The position numbers and the translations under genes are program-made. Of a stretch of 64,000 bases of DNA, positions 42,402 through 54,775 are shown piece by piece. The notes beneath the pieces are model-generated. The model saw nothing but the letters and a program-made list of their open reading frames with translations, was not told the origin of the DNA and made no database searches. Source of the DNA: Clostridiaceae bacterium (GTDB lineage Bacteria > Bacillota > Clostridia > TANB77 > CAG-508); contig JAAZCX010000012.1 in NCBI GenBank assembly GCA_012513065.1, positions 31,938-95,937 on the forward strand, in the 5' to 3' direction. Every line of letters begins with the position of its first letter. The stretch's first letter is position 1.

Positions 42402-43583
42402 TTATTTTATATAATAAATATCACATGCATTCATTCTTTTTAAATGTTCAATCTTTTCTAATTTCATTGCTTTACTTAATTCATTAAGAATTCTTATATT
42501 GTCTTGTTCTTCATTTATAAACACAATTATTCCTTCTGATGTATCTTTTCCTTCGAAAATTTTCTTTATATTTCCATCTGTACACTCTATATCCCTTGCT
42601 ATGTAAGATTCATTTATTTTTGAAAATAATAATATATCATCTAAAAATCTGTTATGTTTTGAATTAAACCAATATACTGTAGGAATATTTAACTCATTTT
42701 CAAGTTTATACATAATATCTTTTTTATCACTATACGTTACTTGTGTCTCTATTTTTAATATAAACGGTAATATTATAATCATACTTACAAATATTATCAT
42801 TACTTTTAGTGTGTTTTTTTTACTAATAATTGTTTCAAATAGTTGATTTAATAGATAACACATAACTATAAAAATTAATGCACATATCGGCAACATATAT
42901 CTCAATTCTACCCACGGAGAAACTATTGCATCTAATATTAAATAAAATATTGTAGGTATATATACAAATTTAAAATATTTACTAATTTCAATTTTTGTAT
43001 TAATATTTTTAATTTTTCTATATATAAGTATTCCAATTATAGCAATAATAAATAAAAGCAAAATATTATTAAAGGCATAAAAATTTACTTCAATTAGATA
43101 TTCATGAACTTTTAATATAAACGAAGGCCATTTAATAACATCTGCTAATCCACTAATGGCTCCTCCTCCACCTCTATATCCAAAGAAAATATGTTGTATT
43201 GAAAAAGGAAATATTGTAATTGATATTATTGCTGCTATTACTAATGTAATAGTATAACTTTTTATTCTTTCATTTTTTCTATCAGCTAAAAACTGTAGTA
43301 TAGTTCTAAAATATAATGCTGCTAAATAAAATAAATAATAATAGTGTGTTAGAGAACCTATAGTTGCTACTATCCCTATCAATATTAATGTTTTTCTATC
43401 ATGCTTCTCATATAATTTTATATGTAAGTAAGTAGTTATAAGAATATTTAAAGTTACTAAAGCATACATTCTAATATATATAACATTTGTTAAAGATGCT
43501 AATGTTATAGAAGATATAAATGCTAATATAATAGCCTTTACTTTATAATTAGATTTTTCTTCTAATAATTTACCTAATATCAA
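42402..43583 (-). CDS. GT-C-like multi-TM glycosyltransferase, probably 5'-truncated
   Basis: IRMYAL, LTHYYY, ELRYMLP motifs; no ATG or RBS, in-frame TAG at 43649-43647 just upstream. Confidence 0.5.
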   Translation of the reverse strand: MILGKLLEEKSNYKVKAIILAFISSITLASLTNVIYIRMYALVTLNILITTYLHIKLYEKHDRKTLILIGIVATIGSLTHYYYLFYLAALYFRTILQFLADRKNERIKSYTITLVIAAIISITIFPFSIQHIFFGYRGGGGAISGLADVIKWPSFILKVHEYLIEVNFYAFNNILLLFIIAIIGILIYRKIKNINTKIEISKYFKFVYIPTIFYLILDAIVSPWVELRYMLPICALIFIVMCYLLNQLFETIISKKNTLKVMIIFVSMIIILPFILKIETQVTYSDKKDIMYKLENELNIPTVYWFNSKHNRFLDDILLFSKINESYIARDIECTDGNIKKIFEGKDTSEGIIVFINEEQDNIRILNELSKAMKLEKIEHLKRMNACDIYYIK

Positions 43584-43650
43584 ATAAGCAAATATTGTTA
43601 TAAAAGCATATATAACTTTTTTAAATAAATTTTTAAGTATGTTAAACTAA

Positions 43651-43687
43651 AAAGCTAGAAATGTAATTTTTCAACATTTCTAGCTTT
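43651..43687 (-). terminator. Terminator downstream of tRNA-Thr
   Basis: AAAGCTAGAAATGT / ACATTTCTAGCTTT. Confidence 0.7.
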
Positions 43688-43763
43688 AATCTATTTTTCT
43701 GTTAATTAAATTAATAAACGTACAACATCTATTATATAATTATAAATCTTATAAAATTGATTA

Positions 43764-43839
43764 TGGAGCTACTAACCAGAATCGAACTGGTGACCTCTAC
43801 CTTACCAAGGTAGCGCTCTACCGACTGAGCTATAGTAGC
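43764..43839 (-). tRNA. tRNA-Thr (anticodon GGT)
   Basis: 76 nt GCTACTATAGCTCAGTCGGTAGAGCG-CTACC-TTGGTAA-GGTAG-AGGTCACCAGTTCGATTCTGGTTAGTAGCTCCA; normal 7-nt anticodon loop, encoded CCA. Confidence 0.96.
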
Positions 43840-43892
43840 AAAAATTCATATATAAGAGTGCCATAATTTAATGTGACACTCTTAATTTACTA

Positions 43893-44531
43893 TTACATTT
43901 CTATATTTTTTATTGCTTTTTTTCTAATTCTTTGTATTGCATTATCAACTGATTTTACAGGAGTATCTAATTTTTCCGCTATTTTTATATAGCTTTCTCC
44001 TTGTATATATCTACTTAAAACTTGTTTTTCAAAACCACTTAGCAATTTATCAATACTTTTTTCAACTGCTTGATAGTATTCTTTTTTTGTTATTGTTTCT
44101 AAAGGATCTTCTGTCTGATGCGAGTCGAATACATCTAATATACTTGAATCCTCGTCTTCATCATATGCAGTTGTATTTAAAGACAAATATGAATTTAAAG
44201 GTATATGCTTTTGTCTATTTGAAGATTTTATAGCAGTAATTAATTGTCTTTCAATACATAAATTAGCAAAAGTTTTAAAAGAATTTTGTTTTTCTTCATT
44301 ATAACATTTTATAGCTTTAAACAAACCAATTAATCCTTCTTGTACTATATCTTCTCTTTCTGCTCCTATCATAAAGAATTTGCTTACTTTCATATTAACT
44401 AATTCTTTATATTTATCAATTAGGAACTCAAGTGCGAGTTTATCTCCAGATTTAATAATTGTAATTAAATCCTCATCTTTCATATCTTTATATTGGTCTA
44501 TCTCACAAAAATATAGTTTGCTGTCTTTCAT
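43893..44531 (-). CDS. sigH: RNA polymerase sporulation sigma factor SigH
   Basis: EREDIVQEGLIGLFKA, RQKHIPLNSYLSL, KSVDNAIQR. Confidence 0.95.
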   Translation of the reverse strand: MKDSKLYFCEIDQYKDMKDEDLITIIKSGDKLALEFLIDKYKELVNMKVSKFFMIGAEREDIVQEGLIGLFKAIKCYNEEKQNSFKTFANLCIERQLITAIKSSNRQKHIPLNSYLSLNTTAYDEDEDSSILDVFDSHQTEDPLETITKKEYYQAVEKSIDKLLSGFEKQVLSRYIQGESYIKIAEKLDTPVKSVDNAIQRIRKKAIKNIEM

Positions 44532-44720
44532 ATAACTTTAAGTCCTCCGATAAAATTCTTTGTTTATGTGTATTATAAGTCAGTAAACCTTAGAATGTCA
44601 ATAGAAATTTGTGTTTTTGTTGCTATTTTTTAATTCTTATACTATAATTAGGTGAATTTAATTTAAATATTTAACATTTTTGATATATAAAATGTTTGTA
44701 TTTTAAAAAAGGAGTATTTT

Positions 44721-46421
44721 ATGGCTTTTGATGGAATTGTCCTAAAAAATGTTATTTCAGAATTAAACACTTGCTTAATAGGCGGAAAAATAAATAAAAT
44801 ATATGAACCTAATAAAAACGAAATTATATTAGGCATTTATTCTAATGGAAAAAATTACGGCTTACTTTGTAATATATCTTCAAATGCTTATCGTATGCAT
44901 TTAACAACTAATAGTAAACCCAATCCAATGAATGCACCTAATTTTTGTATGCTACTTAGAAAACATCTAATTGGTTTTAAGATAAAATCAATATCATCTC
45001 CTTCATTAGAAAGAATTGCCTCTATTGAATTAGAAGGTTTTAATGAGCTTAATGATTTATTAACTAAGACTCTTGTTATAGAATTAATGGGAAAACATAG
45101 TAATATTATTTTATTAAATGAAAACAATATTATAATTGATAGTATTAGACATTTAGATATGTCTTCCGGATCATTACGTGATATTTTGCCAGCAAGAGAA
45201 TATGCTTTTCCTACCTCAGATAAAAAAAATTTCATAAGCATTTCTGGCAATTCTTTTATTGATAATATTATAAAAGAAGATTTTATAAAGTCTATATCAG
45301 ACGTTTATACTGGATTTAGTAATACTTTTGTAAATGAAATAACTAAATCTTTAAATATTTCTAATAAAGATTTAAATAATGATAATATTTCTTTAATATA
45401 TAATAAAATTACATATATATTAAACCATTTAGGAACAAATAATATTTCTTGTTATAAAATATCTGATAAGGATTATACAATTTCTGCTATTCCTTCTGAT
45501 ACCTTTTTACAAACAAATTTCTTTTTAGATGATTTTTATTTTACCAAAGAACAAAATGATTCTATCTTAACCTACAAGAACAATCTTTTAAGGTTAGTTC
45601 TTATAGCATTAAAGAAAATATCTAAAAAAATATGTAATATAAACTTAAAATTAAAAGAATGTGAAGATATGGATAAATATCGAATATACGGAGAATTAAT
45701 TACATCAAACTTATATCATATAGATGCTAATATTAATAAAGAAAATATTACTTTATCAAATTATTATGATAATAATAATTCTATATCAATTCCATTAGAT
45801 TCAACCATTTCTATTTCATATAATGCTAAAAAATTCTTTAAAAAATACCATAAATTAAAGAATACACTAGAAATAGTTTCAGAGCAAAAAATCCAAGCTG
45901 AAAAAGAATTGGATTATTTAGAAAGTATTGTTTATGAATTAGAAAACGCTACATCTATTTCTGAACTTGATGAGATTTATGCAGAAATTTGTGAAAATGG
46001 TATTTTTAAAGTAAATGAAAAATCAAATATTAAGAAAAACAAAATTAATAAACGAAAAATAAATGATGAATATGAACCAATTATTTATACAGTAGATGGA
46101 TTTTCATTATATGTTGGAAAAAATAATAAACAAAATGATTATATTACTACTAAACTTGGTAAAAATGAAGATTATTGGTTTCATACTAAAGATATTAGAG
46201 GTAGTCATTGTTTATTAAAATGTAATGGCAAACAAGTAAAAGAACATACTTTAATTGCTTGTGCTCAGATAGCTGCATTTCACAGTAAAGCAAAGCTTTC
46301 TTCAAATGTTCCTGTTGACTACTGTTTTATAAAGAATGTTAAAAAACCTTCTAATAGTAAACCAGGTATGGTTATTTATACTAATAATAAAACTTTAAAT
46401 GTTAATCCAAAGCAATTATAA
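44721..46421 (+). CDS. rqcH: Ribosome quality control factor RqcH (FbpA/NFACT)
   Basis: MAFDG, FCMLLRKHL, ELMGKHSN, VGKNNKQND, WFHTKDIRGSH, VDY. Confidence 0.9.
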   Translation: MAFDGIVLKNVISELNTCLIGGKINKIYEPNKNEIILGIYSNGKNYGLLCNISSNAYRMHLTTNSKPNPMNAPNFCMLLRKHLIGFKIKSISSPSLERIASIELEGFNELNDLLTKTLVIELMGKHSNIILLNENNIIIDSIRHLDMSSGSLRDILPAREYAFPTSDKKNFISISGNSFIDNIIKEDFIKSISDVYTGFSNTFVNEITKSLNISNKDLNNDNISLIYNKITYILNHLGTNNISCYKISDKDYTISAIPSDTFLQTNFFLDDFYFTKEQNDSILTYKNNLLRLVLIALKKISKKICNINLKLKECEDMDKYRIYGELITSNLYHIDANINKENITLSNYYDNNNSISIPLDSTISISYNAKKFFKKYHKLKNTLEIVSEQKIQAEKELDYLESIVYELENATSISELDEIYAEICENGIFKVNEKSNIKKNKINKRKINDEYEPIIYTVDGFSLYVGKNNKQNDYITTKLGKNEDYWFHTKDIRGSHCLLKCNGKQVKEHTLIACAQIAAFHSKAKLSSNVPVDYCFIKNVKKPSNSKPGMVIYTNNKTLNVNPKQL

Positions 46422-46466
46422 AAGGACTATATAAATAGTCCTTTTTCTTTATTATGTCTTAATATT

Positions 46467-46709
46467 TTAATCTTCTCTTACTTTATATTCTATTTTTTCC
46501 ATAAAAGGAAACATCTCTTTTACTCTCTTCCTTGTAAGCATTTCAGTAACTGGTAGAGGATTTTTTTCATGTATTGATAATAGTTTTTGTGTATAACAAT
46601 TTTCTGATGTTTTAAATAATAAATATCTATTTCTTACATATGTATAATATATTTGATATCCTTCTTCTAGTTCTTCTTCAAATTTTTCAAATGTATAATT
46701 CTTATCCAA
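46467..46709 (-). CDS. Hypothetical protein
   Basis: 80 aa ORF right after ligA with AGGAG RBS. Confidence 0.6.
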   Translation of the reverse strand: MDKNYTFEKFEEELEEGYQIYYTYVRNRYLLFKTSENCYTQKLLSIHEKNPLPVTEMLTRKRVKEMFPFMEKIEYKVRED

Positions 46710-46721
46710 TTAATTTCTCCT

Positions 46722-48728
<2,007 letters not shown>

Positions 48729-48797
48729 TTAAACTTTTATGCTTTAATATATGTGTTTTAGTTATTATATACAAAAGAAATGAAAAAATAAATAGTT

Positions 48798-49326
48798 TTA
48801 AGCATAAAAATACGAATATAATATTTCTTCTTCATTAATATTATTTTCTTTCATGTAATCATCACATTTTTTCTCTAATAATCTAAAATCACAACACCTA
48901 TTTAATAAATCTTCATTTACATGTTTATTTAATATTAAATAATATAAATTTCTTGCTCTGTTTTCTATTCTTAATCTATTTTGTAATATCCACTTAATCT
49001 GATTTGATAATATATATTTATATTTTTCATCTTTTATAGTTAAAATATCTATTTTTTCTAAATACTTTTTAGGTATAGGAACCATATTATTTAAATTAAT
49101 TCCACCGAAGTTTTCCATTATCAATTTTTAGAAAATCTTGCATATTTTTCATCATAATATGTTTCTTTTTAGGTGATGTTAATGGTGCAAAGAAGTTTTT
49201 ACCGTTAACATTTAATATTACTCCTACAAATGGTCTATTTTCTTTTTTGTTCTTTATATATGGTATTTTAGGTTCATAATAATGTAAATAATTACAGTAT
49301 TCTACATCAGCTTTGTATAATTCCAT
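48798..49326 (-). CDS. Type III toxin ToxN/AbiQ family protein, needs +1 shift at CTT-CGGT (49107-49104)
   Basis: RPFVGVIL, FFAPLTSPKKKH; AAA CTT CGGT GGA ATT AAT gives KLGGINLNNMVP; CCDFRLLE near C-terminus. Confidence 0.82.
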
Positions 49327-49485
49327 TTCTATCCTTTCTTTTTTGTTTTATACTTTTTTATTCTATATTTTTTATATTGCTTAGTCAATTTATTTTATGT
49401 AAATTCTTTTAAAAGTTTTTGACATAAAAATAAGAAAAACTACAAAATTTGACTATTTTAAACAAATTTAATAGTTTTTCTTCTA

Positions 49486-52107
49486 TTATTGCATTTTTTC
49501 TTTTATTTTTACTAATGTATTTAATGCATCTATTGGTGTTAATGCATTTAAATCTATTTTATCAATTTCTTGTGCAAGTTCAGCCAATTTATAATTTCCC
49601 ATATCTAACTGTCCTTGTACTAGTTTTTTGTTTTGTTTTTCTTGTAGTTTTCCGTTTAATATATTTTTTCTTTCTAATGAATGTAATATGTCATTTGCTC
49701 TTTTTGTTACATCTTTTGGAACACCTGCAAGTCTTGCTACATGTACTCCATAACTTTCATCTGTTCCTCCTGCAACTATTTTTCTTAAAAAGATAATATC
49801 TTCTCCCTTTTCTTTTACTGCAATCGAATAATTTTTTATTCCTTCTAATTTATTTTCTAACTCTGTCAATTCATGATAATGTGTTGCAAATAATGTTTTA
49901 GCACCTGATTTTTCTTTATCTGCAATATATTCTGATACTGCCCATGCAATTGATAATCCATCATATGTAGAAGTTCCTCTTCCTATTTCATCTAGTATTA
50001 CTAAACTGTTTGATGTTGCATTTTTTAATATATTTGCAACTTCCATCATTTCTACCATAAATGTACTTTGACCCATACTTAAATCATCTGATGCACCTAC
50101 TCTTGTAAATATTTTATCAACAACTCCAATTCTTGCAGAGCTTGCTGGTACAAATGATCCTACTTGAGCCATTAATGTTATTAAAGCAACTTGTCTCATA
50201 TATGTTGATTTACCCGCCATGTTAGGTCCTGTTATAATTGCAAGTCTAGAATCTTGTTTATCTAAATATGTATCATTTTGAACAAAACTTCCTGCTGATA
50301 ACATTTTTTCTATAACTGGATGTCTTCCATCTTTTATATCAATTATTCCACTATTATCTACTATCGGTTCTTGATAATTCATATCTTCTGCTACTATAGC
50401 TAGTGAGCATACAACATCTAAGTTTGAAATTACCTCTGCTGATTTTTGAATTCTTTTAATTTTTCCCTCAATATCTTCTCTTATTTCTGTAAAAGCATTA
50501 TATTCTAAGTTTATTACTCTTTCCTCTGCACCTAATATTTGATTTTCTAAATTTTTCAATTCTTCTGTTATATATCTTTCACCATTTGTTAATGTTTGTT
50601 TACGAATATATCTGTCTGGAACTAATGATATGTTTGATTTTGTAACTTCTATATAATATCCAAATACTCTATTGAATCCTATTTTCAAACCTTTAATTCC
50701 AGTTATTTCTCTTTCTTTAGCTTCTAATTCTAATATCCATATTTTACCTTGAGTAGTTGCTTGTTTTAAATGGTCAATTTCCTCATTATAACCTATTTTT
50801 ATTAATCCACCTTCTTTTATAGTCATTGGCGGTTCATCAATAATTGCTTCTTCTATCAAGTCATGTATATCTTTTAGTTCATCTAAATTTTCATATAATT
50901 CATGTAACAAATTAGATTTACAATTTTCTAATACTTTTTTAACTTCTGGTAATTGTTTCGTAGAATTCTTTAAAGATACTAAATCTCTTCCGTTTGCACT
51001 ACCATATGATATCTTTCCTGCTAGTCTTTCCATATCATATACTTTTTTTAGGCAGTCAATAATATCTCCTCTTAGCATATTGTTGTTTTTTAATTCTCTT
51101 ACCGCTTCTAATCTATTATTAATTTCCCATACATCTATTAATGGATCATTTAACCATCTTCTTAACATTCTTCCACCCATTGAAGTAGATGTTTTGTCTA
51201 GTACCCATAAAAGAGTTCCCTTTTTAGATTTATCACGCATTTTTTCTGTTATTTCTAAATTTCTTCTTGCACTGATATCAAGTGCCATATATTTTGTTAT
51301 ATTATATATTACTATTTTATTTATATGATCTAATTTTGTTTTCTGTGTTTCTAATAAATAATTTAATAGTCCATTAATTGATGCAACCGCAATATTTTTA
51401 TCTTCTAAATTGTCAATTTTATCTTCATGGTCATCTATAAATAAATATTTATCCAATAAATTTATTTCATTTTGTAAGAAACTCTCTTCTTTAACTCGTG
51501 ATATATATACTTCAAAACGTTCTTTTATTGTTGATATTTCTTCTAAAGAATCATACATAAATGGATTAACTATAATTTCTGCTGGATTATATCTTGATAT
51601 TTCATCTAATAGTTTAGAAAAATTATTATCTTGTATTATTTCTGTTGTTCTAAAATCTCCTGTTGATATATCACATACACTAACTCCAAAATATAACCCT
51701 GTTTTATAAATTGACATTATATAATTATTTTTATTTTCATCAAGTAAATTACTCTCTATTACTGTTCCTGGTGTTACTACACGAATTACTCCTCTTTTAA
51801 CCATTCCTTTTGCTTGTTTTGCATCTTCTAATTGTTCACATATAGCAACTTTATATCCTCTTTCAATCAACCTTGCAATATATGTATCTGCTGCATGAAA
51901 TGGTATTCCACACATAGGAGCTCTTTCTTCTTGTCCACATAGTTTTCCTGTTAATGTTAATTCTAATTCTTTTGATACTCGTATTGCATCATCAAAAAAC
52001 ATTTCATAAAAATCGCCTAATCTATAAAATAAAATACAATCTTTGTATTCTTCTTTGGTCTTCAAATATTCTTGCATCATAGGTGAAAATTCTGATATTT
52101 CTGCCAT
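49486..52107 (-). CDS. mutS: DNA mismatch repair protein MutS
   Basis: FYRLGDFYEMF, TGPNMAGKSTYMRQ, DEIGRGTST, FATHYHEL. Confidence 0.97.
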   Translation of the reverse strand: MAEISEFSPMMQEYLKTKEEYKDCILFYRLGDFYEMFFDDAIRVSKELELTLTGKLCGQEERAPMCGIPFHAADTYIARLIERGYKVAICEQLEDAKQAKGMVKRGVIRVVTPGTVIESNLLDENKNNYIMSIYKTGLYFGVSVCDISTGDFRTTEIIQDNNFSKLLDEISRYNPAEIIVNPFMYDSLEEISTIKERFEVYISRVKEESFLQNEINLLDKYLFIDDHEDKIDNLEDKNIAVASINGLLNYLLETQKTKLDHINKIVIYNITKYMALDISARRNLEITEKMRDKSKKGTLLWVLDKTSTSMGGRMLRRWLNDPLIDVWEINNRLEAVRELKNNNMLRGDIIDCLKKVYDMERLAGKISYGSANGRDLVSLKNSTKQLPEVKKVLENCKSNLLHELYENLDELKDIHDLIEEAIIDEPPMTIKEGGLIKIGYNEEIDHLKQATTQGKIWILELEAKEREITGIKGLKIGFNRVFGYYIEVTKSNISLVPDRYIRKQTLTNGERYITEELKNLENQILGAEERVINLEYNAFTEIREDIEGKIKRIQKSAEVISNLDVVCSLAIVAEDMNYQEPIVDNSGIIDIKDGRHPVIEKMLSAGSFVQNDTYLDKQDSRLAIITGPNMAGKSTYMRQVALITLMAQVGSFVPASSARIGVVDKIFTRVGASDDLSMGQSTFMVEMMEVANILKNATSNSLVILDEIGRGTSTYDGLSIAWAVSEYIADKEKSGAKTLFATHYHELTELENKLEGIKNYSIAVKEKGEDIIFLRKIVAGGTDESYGVHVARLAGVPKDVTKRANDILHSLERKNILNGKLQEKQNKKLVQGQLDMGNYKLAELAQEIDKIDLNALTPIDALNTLVKIKEKMQ

Positions 52108-52169
52108 ATTATCTTTCTCCTTTATTTATGTTATCTTTTTCTAACATCTCTAGTTTAATAAATTCATAA

Positions 52170-53582
52170 TTAAACTATTTTTCCTTTTAAATACCACATA
52201 TGTTGTGACATAATTTTTAATTCTACTATTTTTCCAATTAATTCTTCTTTTCCTTCAAAAACAACTATTTTGTTTGATGGTGTTCTTCCTGTTAACATAT
52301 TTTCATTGTTTTTACTAATTCCTTCTACTACAACACTTTGTATGGTATCTAAATATTTCTTATTATTTTCTTCTATTTGATTTTCTACCAATTTTTTCAA
52401 TTTATCAAAACGTTTGTGTTTAATTTCTTCAGGTATTTGATTTTCCATTCTATCTGCTGGTGTTCCAACTCTTCTTGAATATATAAACATATATACTTGC
52501 TCAAATTTTACTTTTTTTACTACATCTAATGTATCTTCAAAATCTTCTTCTGTTTCTCCTGGAAATCCTACTATAATATCTGTAGTAAATACTACTTCTG
52601 GAATTAATTTTCTCATTTTTTCTACTAAAGTTAAATATTGTTCTTTTGTATATTTTCTGTTCATTATCTTTAATATATTAGTACTTCCTGATTGAAGTGG
52701 AAGATGTATTAATTTACACACTTTTTCACAATCTCTAATTGCTTCTATTACATCATCTGTAAAATCTTTTGGATGAGGAGATATAAATCTTATTCTTTCA
52801 ATTCCATCAATTTTATTTATTGCTCTTAATAACGTAGCAAATGAATTTATTCCTTCATATTCTTCAAATTCTATATTTTTTTCTCTTTCAACACTTAAAT
52901 ATGAATTAACATTTTGTCCAAGTAATGTAATTTCTTTATAACCTTTATTAGACAGTTCTTTTACTTCTTCTATTATATCTTTTGGTTGTCTGCTTCTTTC
53001 TCTTCCTCTTACATATGGTACAATACAATATGTGCAAAAATTATTACAACCATTCATTATTGTAACAGATGCTTTTGTTTTATCTTTCCTTGATATTGGA
53101 AGTCCTTCTATTATTTCTCCATCTATATCTATAACATCTCTAATTTTCTTATTTTCTTCTAATGCTTTATATAAATCTTTTGGCATTTTATGTAGTGTAT
53201 GTGTACCAAATATTATATCAACATAAGGATAACTTTGTTTTATTTTATTTAAGATATGTTCTTCTTGCATCATACAACCGCCAATTGCTATTATTGTATG
53301 TTTGTCTTCTTTTTGTTTTTTTACTTCACCTATTTTACCAAATAATTTTTCTTCTGCATTTTCTCTTACACAACATGTATTAAATAAAACCAAATCTGCA
53401 TCTTTCATTCTCTCTGTTTTTATGTAATTCATTTTTTCTAACATTCCACATAATTTTTCAGAATCATTCTCATTTAATTGACACCCCATTGTCATTATAT
53501 AGTATTTTAATATTTTATTATTATTTATTTGTTTTACTTTTTCAATATATTTTAATTCCTCATTAATATTAATTGCTTGCAA
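52170..53582 (-). CDS. miaB: tRNA-2-methylthio-N6-isopentenyladenosine synthase
   Basis: GCQLNENDSE, GCNNFCTYCIVPYVRG, DIIVGFPGET, TRAM domain. Confidence 0.94.
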   Translation of the reverse strand: MQAININEELKYIEKVKQINNNKILKYYIMTMGCQLNENDSEKLCGMLEKMNYIKTERMKDADLVLFNTCCVRENAEEKLFGKIGEVKKQKEDKHTIIAIGGCMMQEEHILNKIKQSYPYVDIIFGTHTLHKMPKDLYKALEENKKIRDVIDIDGEIIEGLPISRKDKTKASVTIMNGCNNFCTYCIVPYVRGRERSRQPKDIIEEVKELSNKGYKEITLLGQNVNSYLSVEREKNIEFEEYEGINSFATLLRAINKIDGIERIRFISPHPKDFTDDVIEAIRDCEKVCKLIHLPLQSGSTNILKIMNRKYTKEQYLTLVEKMRKLIPEVVFTTDIIVGFPGETEEDFEDTLDVVKKVKFEQVYMFIYSRRVGTPADRMENQIPEEIKHKRFDKLKKLVENQIEENNKKYLDTIQSVVVEGISKNNENMLTGRTPSNKIVVFEGKEELIGKIVELKIMSQHMWYLKGKIV

Positions 53583-53684
53583 TTTTTTATTTCTCCTTTT
53601 TATTTAACGTTTTGCTTTATTTTATTACATTTTACTTTATTTTTCAATAGAAAAAGCCGACATTTCGTCGACTTTTTATCTGAA

Positions 53685-54053
53685 TTAAATTTTGCATAAA
53701 TACTTATATTGTTCCAATCTTATTTTTATTGCTTTAATTCTTCTTTTCAAAAATATTGACTTATGAATTTTATCACATATATTGTTTAAGAAGCTGTTTA
53801 CTACTTTAATATAAATTTCCTTTTTAATTTTTTGTATAATATTATCTTCAGGTAAATCAAAAATCCTTATACTAAGTTCACACCATTTTTCAAATCTTAT
53901 CCGATTATTTTCAATAAATATATCATTAATTGCTGATGTTTCCTGGATAACATTTAAATACTTCTCATAATTCTGTCTTACAAATTCTTGTTTTGTTATT
54001 AATATTTTCTCAATATCTTTTACTATTTTTTGTATTTTCCGTAATTCTCTCAT
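53685..54053 (-). CDS. Hypothetical protein containing two in-frame CGG codons
   Basis: AAGGAGG RBS, 122 aa open frame, hairpin downstream at about 53651-53676. Confidence 0.55.
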   Translation of the reverse strand: MRELRKIQKIVKDIEKILITKQEFVRQNYEKYLNVIQETSAINDIFIENNRIRFEKWCELSIRIFDLPEDNIIQKIKKEIYIKVVNSFLNNICDKIHKSIFLKRRIKAIKIRLEQYKYLCKI

Positions 54054-54209
54054 TTTGTCATTCCTCCTTATGTTGTATTTTTTTTGGAAAACTTCTACAT
54101 AATTTATTGTATTTTAACATATTTTTTTACTTATTTCTATATATCTTTAAGAATATGTTAAAAAAACATAAAAAAAATGACTTTAAAAAGCCATTTTTTT
54201 ATATATTTT

Positions 54210-54410
54210 TTATTGAATTCCATATTTTTTCTTAAATTTATCTGCTCTACCACCAGATGTCTCTCTTTTTAAATTACCTGTCCAAAATGGATGACATTTT
54301 GAACAAACATCAACTTTTATATCTGATTTTGTTGATTTTGCATTTATAACATTACCACATGCACATGTAATTGTTGATTCTGTAAATTCTGGATGTATTC
54401 CTTCTCTCAT
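54210..54410 (-). CDS. rpmE: 50S ribosomal protein L31 (zinc-binding type)
   Basis: GIHP, CACGN, CSKCHPFWTG, GRADKF. Confidence 0.95.
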   Translation of the reverse strand: MREGIHPEFTESTITCACGNVINAKSTKSDIKVDVCSKCHPFWTGNLKRETSGGRADKFKKKYGIQ

Positions 54411-54506
54411 TGTGTATTCACCTCTTCCTATATTTATTAAACATATCGTTTTTTATCTTAACATATTTTTTTATATTTTTCAATACTTTTTGTCTTTTTT
54501 ATTTAC

Positions 54507-54656
54507 TTATTTCATTTTATTTTGTTGAACATATTGTGCAGATGAATTTAATTCTTGTTGTAAAGATGTTTTATTTACAATTTTTATAACAACATTAAAT
54601 AAACATGCAATAAGTAAAATAAAGAGTAATAACTTTTTCCAAATCTTAGCAATCAT
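54507..54656 (-). CDS. Small single-TM protein (49 aa)
   Basis: Below ORF-track cutoff; AAGGAG RBS; MIAKIWKKLLLFILLIACLFNVVIKIVNKTSLQQELNSSAQYVQQNKMK. Confidence 0.55.
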   Translation of the reverse strand: MIAKIWKKLLLFILLIACLFNVVIKIVNKTSLQQELNSSAQYVQQNKMK

Positions 54657-54775
54657 TTTATTTCTCCTTGATTAATTTTACTATTTAATTATACTATATT
54701 TTTTTATTTTGTCAACTGCTTATATTTTCTACATCTTTGGTAATACTATAATTAAATAAATTTAAGGAGAAAAAA

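Noticed and set aside
43764..43839. tRNA as a frameshift-suppressor or quadruplet tRNA
   Set aside because: It is a normal tRNA-Thr(GGT) with a 7-nt anticodon loop; any special tRNA would have to lie outside this window.
46467..46709. AGG as a second shifting codon
   Set aside because: ACA-AGG-AAG here and in-frame AGG in rqcH, folA and others stay in frame; a +1 shift here would stop almost at once.
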